A stretch of DNA of 37,059 nt. Source: a virus. Lineage: Duplodnaviria > Caudoviricetes. The notes beneath the pieces are model-generated. The model made no database searches. It was not told the DNA's origin and saw nothing but the letters and a program-made list of their open reading frames with translations. Shown piece after piece: positions 18,848-27,873 of the stretch (positions are counted from its first letter, which is position 1; each line of letters starts with the position of its first letter). The stretch is taken from the IMG/VR virus record IMGVR_UViG_3300037482_000251, positions 1 through 37,059 of that record. One strand, written 5' to 3'. The position numbers were made by a program, and so were the translations under genes.

Positions 18848-19374
18848 TGGCCACCCCAGCAGCCCGGATCATTGCGCAGTACATCGAGCACCACAGCGGC
18901 CCCATCGGCGGCACGTCGCGCGATATGCGCGTCGCTGGCAGCCTGGGGACCCCGGGCGTGTTCCGGTGGGTGAACGCCGGCGGCACCGTGGCGATCCTAG
19001 ACCGCATCACCGGGCTCATCCGCGACAACACCGGCGCGGCGCCTGAGAAGTTCGGCGGGTTGGTCGCGCTGACCAACGGTGTGCTTTTCGAGGTCATCGA
19101 CGGCACCGGCGCAGCGGTCAAAGAATTCGGCCCCTTCCAAAACAACGCGGAGTTCTTCTCACTCACCGCATCAAGCGTGCCGGTGCTCATGTTGACCGGC
19201 TCGGTCTTCATACCTATTCCCTGGACGCCGGGCAACAGCGGCATGGCATTCCCGCCCGGATGGGGGATCCAGGTGCTTATCCGGGATGACCTGAGCACGC
19301 TCGACGAATTCGACTTTTATATCCAGGGCAGCGCGTCGAGTACGCAGAGCGTGGGCACGGCGAGCCGCATCTGA
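18847..19374 (+). CDS. Hypothetical beta-rich protein, possibly a virion component
   Basis: TGATG coupling to upstream gene; 175 aa. Confidence 0.65.
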   Translation: MATPAARIIAQYIEHHSGPIGGTSRDMRVAGSLGTPGVFRWVNAGGTVAILDRITGLIRDNTGAAPEKFGGLVALTNGVLFEVIDGTGAAVKEFGPFQNNAEFFSLTASSVPVLMLTGSVFIPIPWTPGNSGMAFPPGWGIQVLIRDDLSTLDEFDFYIQGSASSTQSVGTASRI

Positions 19375-19428
19375 TGCCGCGCAACAGCATTGACAGTTTC
19401 CACACAGCACCATAGAAGGACCATCACA

Positions 19429-19947
19429 ATGATTCGCAACACGATGTTTGCTATTCTGATCTGCATTATTCCTGCCGCGGCCATCGCCCAGCCGGCGCCC
19501 GACAACGTGGCCGACCTGGGCCAGGTGGTCACGGTCGATGATGACGGCATCGGCACCTCGCCCACCGTGCTCGACGCTGGCCCGGGCGTGGATGCCACGG
19601 TGCCCGACTTCAGTGCGGGCCCCGAGCTGCCCGAGCCCGACGCGGGCGCCATCGTCGAAGCTGCCAAGGGCGGCAAGTGGCGGATGCTGCTCGGCCTGAT
19701 GCTCGTGGCCATGGTCTGGGCGCTGCGCCGATGGGGCTCGCTGCTGGTGCCGTATATCGGCGGGGACCGCGGAGGCGTTGTGCTGGCCCTGGGCTTACCC
19801 GTGCTCGGCTACGTGGGCATGGTGCTGGCCGGTGCGGCGGGCTTCTCGCTCGACGGCATCGTCTCGGCGATCACTATCGGCTTGACCGCTTCCGGCCTGT
19901 GGACGGCGAGCAAGCGTGTTGCCAAGCCGAGAAAGGCCGGCGCGTGA
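19429..19947 (+). CDS. Holin-like multi-pass membrane protein
   Basis: Signal-like N-terminus, acidic linker, three hydrophobic segments and basic tail; directly upstream of spanin-like and endolysin genes. Confidence 0.55.
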   Translation: MIRNTMFAILICIIPAAAIAQPAPDNVADLGQVVTVDDDGIGTSPTVLDAGPGVDATVPDFSAGPELPEPDAGAIVEAAKGGKWRMLLGLMLVAMVWALRRWGSLLVPYIGGDRGGVVLALGLPVLGYVGMVLAGAAGFSLDGIVSAITIGLTASGLWTASKRVAKPRKAGA

Positions 19948-20462
19948 TCGTGGCCGTGGTTGCGGTCCTGGTGCTGGCCCTGGCCGGCACCGGCGCGCTG
20001 CTCTCCAGCGAGGCCGGCAAGCGCAGGGCGGCCGAGCTGGAGCGCGACGCATGGCGCGGGCGTACCGAGGAGCTACTCGAGCGCCACGTTGCAGGCCAGG
20101 GCATCGACCAGGCCGAGATGGACCTGCTACGGGCCGACCTGGCCGCCTGCACCGACCGCGCCGCGACCGTGGGCCGCATCAAGCGGCGGCTGGGCATCGC
20201 GTCCCTGGTGCTGGGCATCGCGCTCTCGGGCTCATGCTCGAGCAAGGCCAGGCCCGCACCGCTTCCACCGCTGCCCGGCGAGGTGCGCAAGATGCCCGAG
20301 CCGCTCGAGATGTCCATCGCCACGGGCGAGGCCGAGGGCTGCCCGGCGCAGTGGGCGATCTGCCTCGACGACCAGAATGCCGCGCTGCTCGAGGTGTATC
20401 TCGGCGCGCTGCAGCACTATGCGCGACAGCTCTCGACGAGCTGCGCCACGAGGCAGCCATGA
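19944..20462 (+). CDS. Spanin-like protein (N-terminal TM, helical region, internal lipobox, Pro-rich domain)
   Basis: VIVAVVAVLVLALAG TM; IKRRLGIASLVLGIALSGSC internal signal; PAPLPPLP; GTGA coupling. Confidence 0.6.
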   Translation: MIVAVVAVLVLALAGTGALLSSEAGKRRAAELERDAWRGRTEELLERHVAGQGIDQAEMDLLRADLAACTDRAATVGRIKRRLGIASLVLGIALSGSCSSKARPAPLPPLPGEVRKMPEPLEMSIATGEAEGCPAQWAICLDDQNAALLEVYLGALQHYARQLSTSCATRQP

Positions 20463-21040
20463 CCGAGATCCTGAAGCAGATCAACACCCGGCTCAAGCAC
20501 GGCGCCGGCCACAATGCCATGGTCCGTGAAGCACTGCTGCAGGCCCGGGCCTGGGAGCTGGGCCCGGATGCCGAGGAGCGCGCTCAGCGCATCGCGATGT
20601 ATTGGGATGCAGAGCGGCCAAGAGCCAACTGGTGCGCGGCTTTCGCGCGCCACTGCGCAGCCAAGGGCGGGCGCGTGGCCCCGGCGCGTGGGCGGGCTGT
20701 GCGCGGCGCTCGTGGTGCGGGACGCTTCTACGCCGACACCGGCGCGTGGGTGATATCGCCCACCGATGCCAAGCGGTTGGGCGCGTGCCAATTGCTGCCG
20801 AGTCAAGAGCCGATGCCGGGCGACCTGATCGTCTGGCGGCGGGTGGTCATCGGCTGGCAATGCCACATCGCCGTGGTCATCGACTACGACCGAGACGGGG
20901 ACATCTTGACCATCGTCGAGGGCAACACCCGCGTGCAGGATGGCCCACCTCGCGTCATGCTCCGCACCCTCCGCGGCCCGCAATGGCGCAGGCGCCAGGC
21001 CGGGCTCTACGGCATCGCCCGGCCGTCGCTCGCGCCATAG
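20459..21040 (+). CDS. CHAP-domain endolysin
   Basis: WCAAF (catalytic Cys), PGDLIVW, HIAVV (catalytic His) and TIVEGNT motifs. Confidence 0.85.
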   Translation: MTEILKQINTRLKHGAGHNAMVREALLQARAWELGPDAEERAQRIAMYWDAERPRANWCAAFARHCAAKGGRVAPARGRAVRGARGAGRFYADTGAWVISPTDAKRLGACQLLPSQEPMPGDLIVWRRVVIGWQCHIAVVIDYDRDGDILTIVEGNTRVQDGPPRVMLRTLRGPQWRRRQAGLYGIARPSLAP

Positions 21041-21149
21041 CGTGGCGAGCGCATGCGCTCGGTGTGCTGATGCGCTCGGCGCGGCATGCGCCAAGTGCTC
21101 GTGTGAGCGCTGGCCCACTGTGGCGCGCGCGATGCATGGATGGTCGGTC

Positions 21150-21653
21150 ATGAAAACAATATTGACCGGCCTTATATTTGCCCTACTTGTGTCCTGCGCG
21201 TCGAGCGGATGGACACCGATCGCTCAATATTCGGGCACTTCCATCACACCAGATTACTTTCGCTTTGAAACCATGCTGCCCGCGGAGGATGACCCGCTGG
21301 GCGGAGGCTGGCGCGCGGTGTGCATCCGTGCCAGTGTGAGCCAGGGCGTTTCCTCCGGGGGCAAAGAAACGACAACATCGAAAATGACCTGTGAGCTGGA
21401 ATTCGGCACCCCCATCACCCACCGGGACGGGCGCTACATCGACGAGCGCGCCGCCCAGGACGCCAGCGCGCATGCAGCGAACCGGGCCGCACGAATAACC
21501 GTGCGCACGAGCTACGGCATCACCGCGGCCACCTGTATCCAGATCAAGCAGCGAGCTGACCTGTTCCTGCGCAAGCAGATCGCGGGGGCCCGCGTCAACA
21601 CCGGATGCACCACGTTTCGCGGTGCGCCGGTGCCGGTGGTGGACTGGCCATGA
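21150..21653 (+). CDS. Lipoprotein resembling an uncharacterised myxobacterial family
   Basis: MKTILTGLIFALLVSC lipobox (Cys16); ITPxxFxF, GGWRAxCI, ANxAA and GARV motifs recalled from myxobacterial hypothetical lipoproteins (not searched). Confidence 0.7.
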   Translation: MKTILTGLIFALLVSCASSGWTPIAQYSGTSITPDYFRFETMLPAEDDPLGGGWRAVCIRASVSQGVSSGGKETTTSKMTCELEFGTPITHRDGRYIDERAAQDASAHAANRAARITVRTSYGITAATCIQIKQRADLFLRKQIAGARVNTGCTTFRGAPVPVVDWP

Positions 21654-21844
21654 TCCGGCGCGCGCGGTACGCCGGGCTGGTCGCCCACCACATGGCCGGA
21701 CTGCTCTGGCGCTGGGCCACAGGGCAACCGCTCGGTTTGGTGCAAGGCTGGCACTCGACGATCGGCACGCGGCGTGAAGTGGCGCGCTGGGTACTGGCCG
21801 AGGGCTGGCGACAGGCCAAGCAGCGCGCCCACGCACGAATGTGA
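21650..21844 (+). CDS. Small basic Trp-rich hypothetical protein (64 aa)
   Basis: ATGA coupling to the lipoprotein gene. Confidence 0.45.
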   Translation: MIRRARYAGLVAHHMAGLLWRWATGQPLGLVQGWHSTIGTRREVARWVLAEGWRQAKQRAHARM

Positions 21845-21892
21845 CCGCGCGCATTGCCCCCTTGGGGCCGGCCATGGCATGGTGGCCCGACC

Positions 21893-21985
21893 ATGCGGGC
21901 TAGGTACTTGCACTACATCTGGGCCGTACCCTGGTGGCTGGCTGGCGCTCTGTACGCCAGCATACGAGACTTTTACAAGCATTAA
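21893..21985 (+). CDS. 30-aa hydrophobic peptide MRARYLHYIWAVPWWLAGALYASIRDFYKH
   Basis: Manually translated; GGTGG SD-like site 7 nt upstream; shorter than any ORF in the track. Confidence 0.4.
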   Translation: MRARYLHYIWAVPWWLAGALYASIRDFYKH

Positions 21986-21993
21986 AATCAAGG

Positions 21994-22030
21994 TTGCGCG
22001 CTCTCGTCGCGCGGGTGTAGCGTCACCTGC
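21994..22030 (+). promoter_or_regulatory. Sigma70-like promoter TTGCGC-N18-TAGCGT, probably leaderless
   Basis: -35 at 21994-21999, -10 at 22018-22023, ATG 7 nt later, AT-rich sequence upstream, no SD. Confidence 0.45.
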
Positions 22031-23620
22031 ATGAGGCTACACCACTGCATGATCATCGCCTTGATCGCCCTGCCCGCGTGCATCGCGGACGACACCCTTC
22101 CACCCGTTCGCTCGGGTGTCGAAAGCGAGCCCCCGCCAGCGGTGCAGCCCGCGCCGGTAGATACCCCGGGGGCTGTTGAGCAGCCTGTCTCCATCATCGC
22201 AGAGCCCAGCTTCACGGGGGAAGACTGGGAAGAGCTGAACGGCGCAGCCGTGCTTCCAACAGCCTGGGGTTACGACGGTCCTGGGGTGGCGTTCCTCCAC
22301 GGTGACGCGCTGTGCGACGGAGGGGCCGTCCGCCAATCGGTGGCCATCCCGGATGACGCCGGCCCGCTCGTACTGCGCGCGGTCTATCGCGGGGTGATGC
22401 CGCATGCCGGCGGCATGCCCGCGATCCAGGTTGGTGCGCAATGGCATATGCTTCCGCGCCCATCGCACGACGGGCTCACGTGGTCGGAGGCGCGCCGGTG
22501 CCTGGGGACCCTCGGCCGGGATGTCGATGTCGTCGCGACTACTTCCCGATATGTCCCGCGGCACCCAACCACCGGCGCTTGCGTTGCTCGGTTTGACGAG
22601 TCGCTAGAATTCGCTGATGTCGAGATCGTGCCCGCCCGCGAGGCGGAATGCCCTGAGCCTGGAGAAGTCATAGACGGGGATTTCTCGTCCGCATTTGGCT
22701 GGGCCACGATCGTCGATGGCCACTCAAAAGCCATCAACCCCACTATCGGCACGCATGGACTTTTGAACTCGTCTGCTCTGCAGTTTCTGCTGTACGACAG
22801 CCACACAGGGGGGATCTATTCGCGGGCGCACGTGCTCGACGCGCCGTCCGCTGTGGAGTTCTTCGCGGTGAGTCCCGAGGGGCTTCGGGTGTCGATCACG
22901 GCCAACGGTCACCCCGCGGGCAGCGTGCGACTTGCAAGCCACGGGGACACATATCGGGTGTGCCTCCCCGAGTGGGCTCGCGGACAGGTCATCGACCTCG
23001 GGGTGCGTGTCGGCTTCGAGTGGGGTCGAAATTACAGCGCAAACATCAGACCGAACTCGCATCAGGGAACGATTGCCATGGACGACATGGCCATCGTGGC
23101 TGATGAACGCTGCCGCCCTGGCGCAAGCCTTGAGGAAACGCACTCTGGCACGCTTGGCACGATCGCGCTCGACGCCTTCGAGACGATCGCGGCGATCGAT
23201 GTGGTGGACGCGCCGAGCGACGCCCAGGAGGGCCGGTCAATCCTGCGCGTCGCTCGGTCACTGGTCGTGCCGGATGGCGGCTTTCCGCAGTACCTGCGAT
23301 CGGGCGCTGGAGTGTCGGCCGCTTTGGTGGTGCCCGCGGGCGATCGTGGTCATGGCCCCGCTGTAACGGCGTGGGTGCGTGCACCCACCGACGCACCCAC
23401 GACATTGGAGATCTCAGACCAATTCAGCGTGTTCGCAACAGCGCAGATCGCTGCCGGACCGGGCTGGCAGCGCGTCGAGGTCTGCCTGGATCCCCTGCTG
23501 GCCGGCAGGCCAATCAGTGTCTTGGTGCACACGACCAACATCACCCCGGACACGAGCGGCCCAGGCGCGCTGATTCTTGAGGTGGACGCGGTAAGCACTA
23601 CGACGCTGCTTGAGTGTTAG
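22031..23620 (+). CDS. Large Cys-containing lipoprotein with repeated beta-sandwich modules
   Basis: IIALIALPAC lipobox-like signal; Pro-rich linker; three related modules (WSEARRCL, TYRVCL, WQRVEVCL; DGDF). Confidence 0.7.
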   Translation: MRLHHCMIIALIALPACIADDTLPPVRSGVESEPPPAVQPAPVDTPGAVEQPVSIIAEPSFTGEDWEELNGAAVLPTAWGYDGPGVAFLHGDALCDGGAVRQSVAIPDDAGPLVLRAVYRGVMPHAGGMPAIQVGAQWHMLPRPSHDGLTWSEARRCLGTLGRDVDVVATTSRYVPRHPTTGACVARFDESLEFADVEIVPAREAECPEPGEVIDGDFSSAFGWATIVDGHSKAINPTIGTHGLLNSSALQFLLYDSHTGGIYSRAHVLDAPSAVEFFAVSPEGLRVSITANGHPAGSVRLASHGDTYRVCLPEWARGQVIDLGVRVGFEWGRNYSANIRPNSHQGTIAMDDMAIVADERCRPGASLEETHSGTLGTIALDAFETIAAIDVVDAPSDAQEGRSILRVARSLVVPDGGFPQYLRSGAGVSAALVVPAGDRGHGPAVTAWVRAPTDAPTTLEISDQFSVFATAQIAAGPGWQRVEVCLDPLLAGRPISVLVHTTNITPDTSGPGALILEVDAVSTTTLLEC

Positions 23621-23627
23621 CCGCGCG

Positions 23628-23981
23628 CTAGAGCATCGAGCCCTGCCCCGGCACCATGCCAGGGCGGGGCTTTTTTGCGTTCAGGCTACCGCAGGCGCAG
23701 CACCGGAACCCCAGCGACCTGGGCCAGGGCCGGCGCGCTGCTCGGCGCCTGCGCTCCAGCGCTGCCGCCTGGGCCACCTGGGCCCGGTAGTCTTCCAGCG
23801 CGCGCTCGGCAGCCTGGGCCACGAGCCAGGACCACACCGCCCGGCTCACAGCCAGGCCAGCGGCGAGCGCCACCGCGGCGCCGGCGGCCACCAGGGCGGC
23901 AAACGTGGCGCTGCCCATGAACACACCGGCGAGCCCGGCCACGGCCAACACGGCGGCAGCCAGGGCCAGCCACGGCATCAC
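23628..23981 (-). CDS. Hypothetical membrane protein
   Basis: Two hydrophobic segments; coupled to upstream gene. Confidence 0.55.
   Translation of the reverse strand: MMPWLALAAAVLAVAGLAGVFMGSATFAALVAAGAAVALAAGLAVSRAVWSWLVAQAAERALEDYRAQVAQAAALERRRRAARRPWPRSLGFRCCACGSLNAKKPRPGMVPGQGSML
23640..23676 (+). terminator. Rho-independent terminator ending the rightward block
   Basis: GCCCTGCCC/GGGCGGGGC stem followed by T6. Confidence 0.75.
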
Positions 23982-24181
23982 AGCGCGCCCCCTGCGCGCC
24001 CGGGGATGGCCAGGTGCCAGACCTGCATCCAGCGCTGGGCGCTGTCGTCATCGGCCGCGACCAGGGCCCGGGCGCGGGCATGGTCGAAGCGCACCAGCTC
24101 GCCGTGCCCGAGGACGTGGCCGTCATCGTCGAGCAGCGCGAGCGCATCGCCGGGCTGCACGCCGTGCAGGTGTCCGTCCAT
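23978..24181 (-). CDS. Small hypothetical protein
   Basis: TAATG coupling to the 24181-24699 gene. Confidence 0.55.
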   Translation of the reverse strand: MDGHLHGVQPGDALALLDDDGHVLGHGELVRFDHARARALVAADDDSAQRWMQVWHLAIPGRAGGAL

Positions 24182-24699
24182 TACAGCCACCCTTCCGCTC
24201 GTAGGGCATCCGCGGCGCCCGGGTTGGCGACCAGCGTGGCGCCAAGCTTGGCGGCGAAGTCGGCGAACCCAGGCGGGCGCGGGCGACGTGCCATCAGCTC
24301 CAGGTCGCAGCGCAACCCCGGGTGCTGGATGTACGCCTCGTCATCGAGGCCGATCGCGCGGTTGGTCTCCTGGCAGATTCCGCCGATGAAGATCTGAGCG
24401 ATGCTCTGCAGGCCGGTGCCCACCAGCTCGAAGCGCGTGCCCCGCATGGGGCCCTCGGGGATGATGTGGAGGGGTGCGCCGAGCTCGGCGACCGTGGCGC
24501 GGGCCAGGGCCAGGCATGCCAGGTCGAGTGGCCGGCCCGTCGCCTTGTGCCGGGCCGGTGCGTGGTCGGTGGGGTCGATGACGATCGTGTCAACGTCCTG
24601 GCCGACATTGCGCCGGGCAGATGTGTAGAGGGTGATGGCCTGGTCGAGCAGGCGGGCGGGATCTTGGATAAACATCGGTCGGATCGTCATGGGCTGCAT
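24181..24699 (-). CDS. Hypothetical protein
   Basis: AGGAG RBS 7 nt before ATG 24699. Confidence 0.7.
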   Translation of the reverse strand: MQPMTIRPMFIQDPARLLDQAITLYTSARRNVGQDVDTIVIDPTDHAPARHKATGRPLDLACLALARATVAELGAPLHIIPEGPMRGTRFELVGTGLQSIAQIFIGGICQETNRAIGLDDEAYIQHPGLRCDLELMARRPRPPGFADFAAKLGATLVANPGAADALRAEGWL

Positions 24700-24793
24700 G
24701 GTCGGTCTCCTGGTCTGGGCGGGGCTTGCTTGCCCCTTATCCCCAAAGTAGTGGGGTGTCCCATCTAAATTGAGTTTGATTTCGCAAAAATCG

Positions 24794-25009
24794 TCACGGC
24801 CACAGCATCCGGCCGCCCAGGTGCCGCGGCACGAAGTCACCCGCGCACCGCGGGCAGTAGATGAGCACCTGCTCGAGGCACGGCTTGCACACGGCCACAG
24901 CCCCGCCGCACCGGGCGAAAGACTCGACCCGGGCGCTCACTTGCTGGCGGCACTCGTCGCACGCCCCCGGCCCCGTGGCGGGCGCTGGTGGGCGATATGT
25001 GCAGGCCAT
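24794..25009 (-). CDS. Small Zn-finger-like protein
   Basis: CDEC, CKPC and CPRC motifs in 71 aa. Confidence 0.55.
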   Translation of the reverse strand: MACTYRPPAPATGPGACDECRQQVSARVESFARCGGAVAVCKPCLEQVLIYCPRCAGDFVPRHLGGRMLWP

Positions 25010-25013
25010 GGCC

Positions 25014-25223
25014 TCACGTCTCGCACTTCAGCCAAACGGGCCGGCGCCTTGCCCGCATGATCTGCCGGGCCGAGCGCTCCATGTCGGGGTCGGAGATGTG
25101 CACGATGCCGCGCGAGTTCGCCAGATTGATCCAGTTTCCGCGGTGCTGCAGCAGCACCGACCTGGCATCCTCGTCGATCAGCCCTTGCGCGCGGGCAAAT
25201 TCGCGAATCGCATGCTCGTCCAC
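25014..25223 (-). CDS. Small hypothetical protein
   Basis: GGGGAG RBS; starts 1 nt after the primase stop. Confidence 0.55.
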   Translation of the reverse strand: MDEHAIREFARAQGLIDEDARSVLLQHRGNWINLANSRGIVHISDPDMERSARQIMRARRRPVWLKCET

Positions 25224-25224
25224 G

Positions 25225-27873
25225 TTATCGCTCCCCCTGCGGCTTCAGCATCGCAGCCAGCGTGATCACTGCGTCCATGTCCCCCCGCTCCATGGCCTTG
25301 GCCAGCTCGGCGCGGGCGTCGAAGTGCAGCGGCTCGGCGGCCCTATGGTCATAGATGCCGAGAAAAGCAGCGCGCACCCCGGCATGGGCAGCAGCCAAAA
25401 CATCGGCCTGCTCATCGGCGAACGCATCGCGGGCGACCTGTACGACCTGGGCAAAATGCGGGTGGCGCTCGGCCCAGGTGGCACGGCACGTGCCCAGGCC
25501 CGGAATCTCGTACATGCTGACCCGCTGGCCTTCCACCCTGCGCTGCACGCGGGCCGGGCTCCAGCCCTCGGGCATCACCGCGGTGAGCAGCTTGTTCAGC
25601 TTGGCGATACCGGCTTTGTTCTTGTGCCCCCGATCGAGCATGAATGCCGACCATGCAGCAAGCAGGTGCTCCTTTGCGATGCAGCCATCCGCAGGCCAAT
25701 CCTGAGCATCGGGCGTGAGCGTGCCCAGCTCCAGGCGCTGCGCCCACCACTCCAGCTCGACCGGGATGCCCTGGGCGATCTGCTCGCGTAAGGCGTCGGT
25801 GTTGGGCGGGCGGCGCACGTCGAAGCGGGAAAGGTCGTAGTCGAGCAGGTAGCGCAGTAGGGCCGCCTTGCCGCCGTTCTCGATCTCGTTGGCCAGGGCT
25901 GCAAAGTAAACATGGTCCTGCTTGTGTGCGTCGCTCATGCGCAGCACGAAATAGCGCCGCTCGTCCTCGGTCGCGTTGACCACGTGCTCGTCGTTCGAAC
26001 AGAGGATAATATGCATGTAGTTGGCCGAGCGCTCCAGCTTCCGGCCCTTCGCCTCGATGGTGAGGTCGCGGCCGGTAATGAGGCCCTTGAAGACGGCTTC
26101 CGCCTGTCGGCTCGATGCGCGCAAAGACTCCTCGGCCACCAGGACCACTAGCTTACGCTGATGGTCGTTGAACTTGCCGGTGATGTGGGTCTCCTGTGAG
26201 ACCGACATTCCATGCTCGCCAAACAGAGCAGCAAACGCATCGGCAAACATGCTCTTGCCCGTGCCCTTGCCACCCTGGAGCACGAGCGCCACCTCGCCCT
26301 GGGTCGCGGGCTGCTGCACGCACCTGGCCATCCATCCCATGAGGTATGCAAAGTGCTCGTCGCTGGCGTTGCAGACGACCCGACGCGCATGCTCGAGCAG
26401 CAGCTCGCACCCGCTCGCGTCCTCGGCCGGGTCCACCGCGTAGCCCTGCCAGAGATTATAATCCTGCCCATCTCCGGGCGTGTTCTTCCATGCGTCCGGG
26501 TCGCTGCTCGGCTCGAAGGTCACCCGGTCGAAGCGGCGCACGCTGGGCCAGTTGAGCCACTCGGTCGCGAGGTTCGAGCGCTTCGGGCCGCGGGCACCCT
26601 CAACGAAGACCGGCACGTTGGCAAGCGCGATCTCCATCTCCTTCTTCACGGTCTCCGTATCGAGCACCACCTGGCCGTGCTCGTTCCTGCGCTCGCGGAA
26701 GATCGCATGACGCCCGCCGTAGTTCTTGACCAAAAAGTGATCGCGGTTGAGCAGCTTCAGCCGATCGAGCAGGTTGACGCCGGTGTCGGGCGTGGCGACG
26801 CCGGCGGCATCGGCCTCGGCAGCAGCGGCGGCCACCGCGCGCCGCGCGCCGCGGATCTGGTGGGCAGCCTCCGCCCGGGGCTTGCGCTTGCTCTTGCTGT
26901 TTATGACCCCATCGCTGATCGCAAAATCCGGGTCGAGGACCACCGCGGCCATCTGGTCATCCGTGAAGCCGCACCGCACGGCCTCGCAGAGGAATGCGTG
27001 CACCCACCGGCTCCTCGACTTGTCCCCGTCATCGAGGGGATCGGCCGCTTTGTCCGGGTCGCAGCCCTGCACGGCCATGGCCGCGCCGCGCTCGGACAAG
27101 CCAGCCGCGACCAGCGCATCGCCGCTCGCGAAGACCGGCAGATCGTCAGAGAGCTGGACCGCTGCGACCTTGGCCGCGGCAGCCTGGCCCACCGGTGCAT
27201 CCGCCACTGGGAAGGCATCGGCGGGATGCTTGCGCTCCCAGTCCTCGAACACTATGACCGCGCGAGCGGGCACGCGGCCTGCCTCCTGCTTGGCCTTGTC
27301 TGGCCAGTTGATGGTGCCCGGCAGGCGCAGGACACGATCCACGTTGTGGCAGTTGTCCCCGCCCAGGGCGTGCGCCGCGCCGCGGTTCATGCGCTCGGCC
27401 GCCTCGATGACATCGGCATCGCCTCCCAGGTGCACCGGGCTCTCCAGTGCCCAGAGCACCTGATAGCCGCCCCCCGAGTCGATTACCGCGGTGGGCTCGG
27501 GCATGCCGTGCGCTGGCAGGCTGCACACCAGCTCGTGGATGCGCGCGCGCTCCTCGCCCACGTCCCGGCCCTTGACCGGGTCCACGTCAACATGGACGAA
27601 GGCCATCGCAGCCACGTCGGCCTTCATGGCCTTCGCCTTGTTGCCAGGCTGCGCCACGACGTTGACATGATAGTAGATGTTCCGTCCGCGGGTGTTCTGC
27701 CCCTCGATCCAGCTCTCGATGGATTCGACGTTTCCCGGGTGGAACTCGTGTCCATGGGGCAGCTCGTCCCGGGCGTCGGGCCTGATGGCCACCAGCCACC
27801 AGGGCCCCGCGGGACGAAGGTTGCGCAGGAAATCCAGCGCGTGATCGATATCAGGAATGTATTTGTCTGCCAT
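25225..27873 (-). CDS. Primase-helicase: RepB'-type AEP primase plus DUF5906/SF3-like helicase
   Basis: HVDVD, IDSGGGYQVLW and DRVLRLPGTIN primase motifs; Walker A QGGKGTGKS, Walker B VLVAEE, DERRYFV. Confidence 0.9.
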   Translation of the reverse strand: MADKYIPDIDHALDFLRNLRPAGPWWLVAIRPDARDELPHGHEFHPGNVESIESWIEGQNTRGRNIYYHVNVVAQPGNKAKAMKADVAAMAFVHVDVDPVKGRDVGEERARIHELVCSLPAHGMPEPTAVIDSGGGYQVLWALESPVHLGGDADVIEAAERMNRGAAHALGGDNCHNVDRVLRLPGTINWPDKAKQEAGRVPARAVIVFEDWERKHPADAFPVADAPVGQAAAAKVAAVQLSDDLPVFASGDALVAAGLSERGAAMAVQGCDPDKAADPLDDGDKSRSRWVHAFLCEAVRCGFTDDQMAAVVLDPDFAISDGVINSKSKRKPRAEAAHQIRGARRAVAAAAAEADAAGVATPDTGVNLLDRLKLLNRDHFLVKNYGGRHAIFRERRNEHGQVVLDTETVKKEMEIALANVPVFVEGARGPKRSNLATEWLNWPSVRRFDRVTFEPSSDPDAWKNTPGDGQDYNLWQGYAVDPAEDASGCELLLEHARRVVCNASDEHFAYLMGWMARCVQQPATQGEVALVLQGGKGTGKSMFADAFAALFGEHGMSVSQETHITGKFNDHQRKLVVLVAEESLRASSRQAEAVFKGLITGRDLTIEAKGRKLERSANYMHIILCSNDEHVVNATEDERRYFVLRMSDAHKQDHVYFAALANEIENGGKAALLRYLLDYDLSRFDVRRPPNTDALREQIAQGIPVELEWWAQRLELGTLTPDAQDWPADGCIAKEHLLAAWSAFMLDRGHKNKAGIAKLNKLLTAVMPEGWSPARVQRRVEGQRVSMYEIPGLGTCRATWAERHPHFAQVVQVARDAFADEQADVLAAAHAGVRAAFLGIYDHRAAEPLHFDARAELAKAMERGDMDAVITLAAMLKPQGER

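Noticed and set aside
19390-19418. TTGACA-N17-TAGAAG promoter before the holin-like gene
   Set aside because: Perfect -35 box but the -10 lacks the conserved final T; too weak to call.
21042-21149. Cys-rich in-frame extension (CARC...CAKCSC) upstream of the lipoprotein, Com-like Zn finger
   Set aside because: No RBS, and it would bury the signal peptide that begins at 21150; may be a remnant but cannot be supported.
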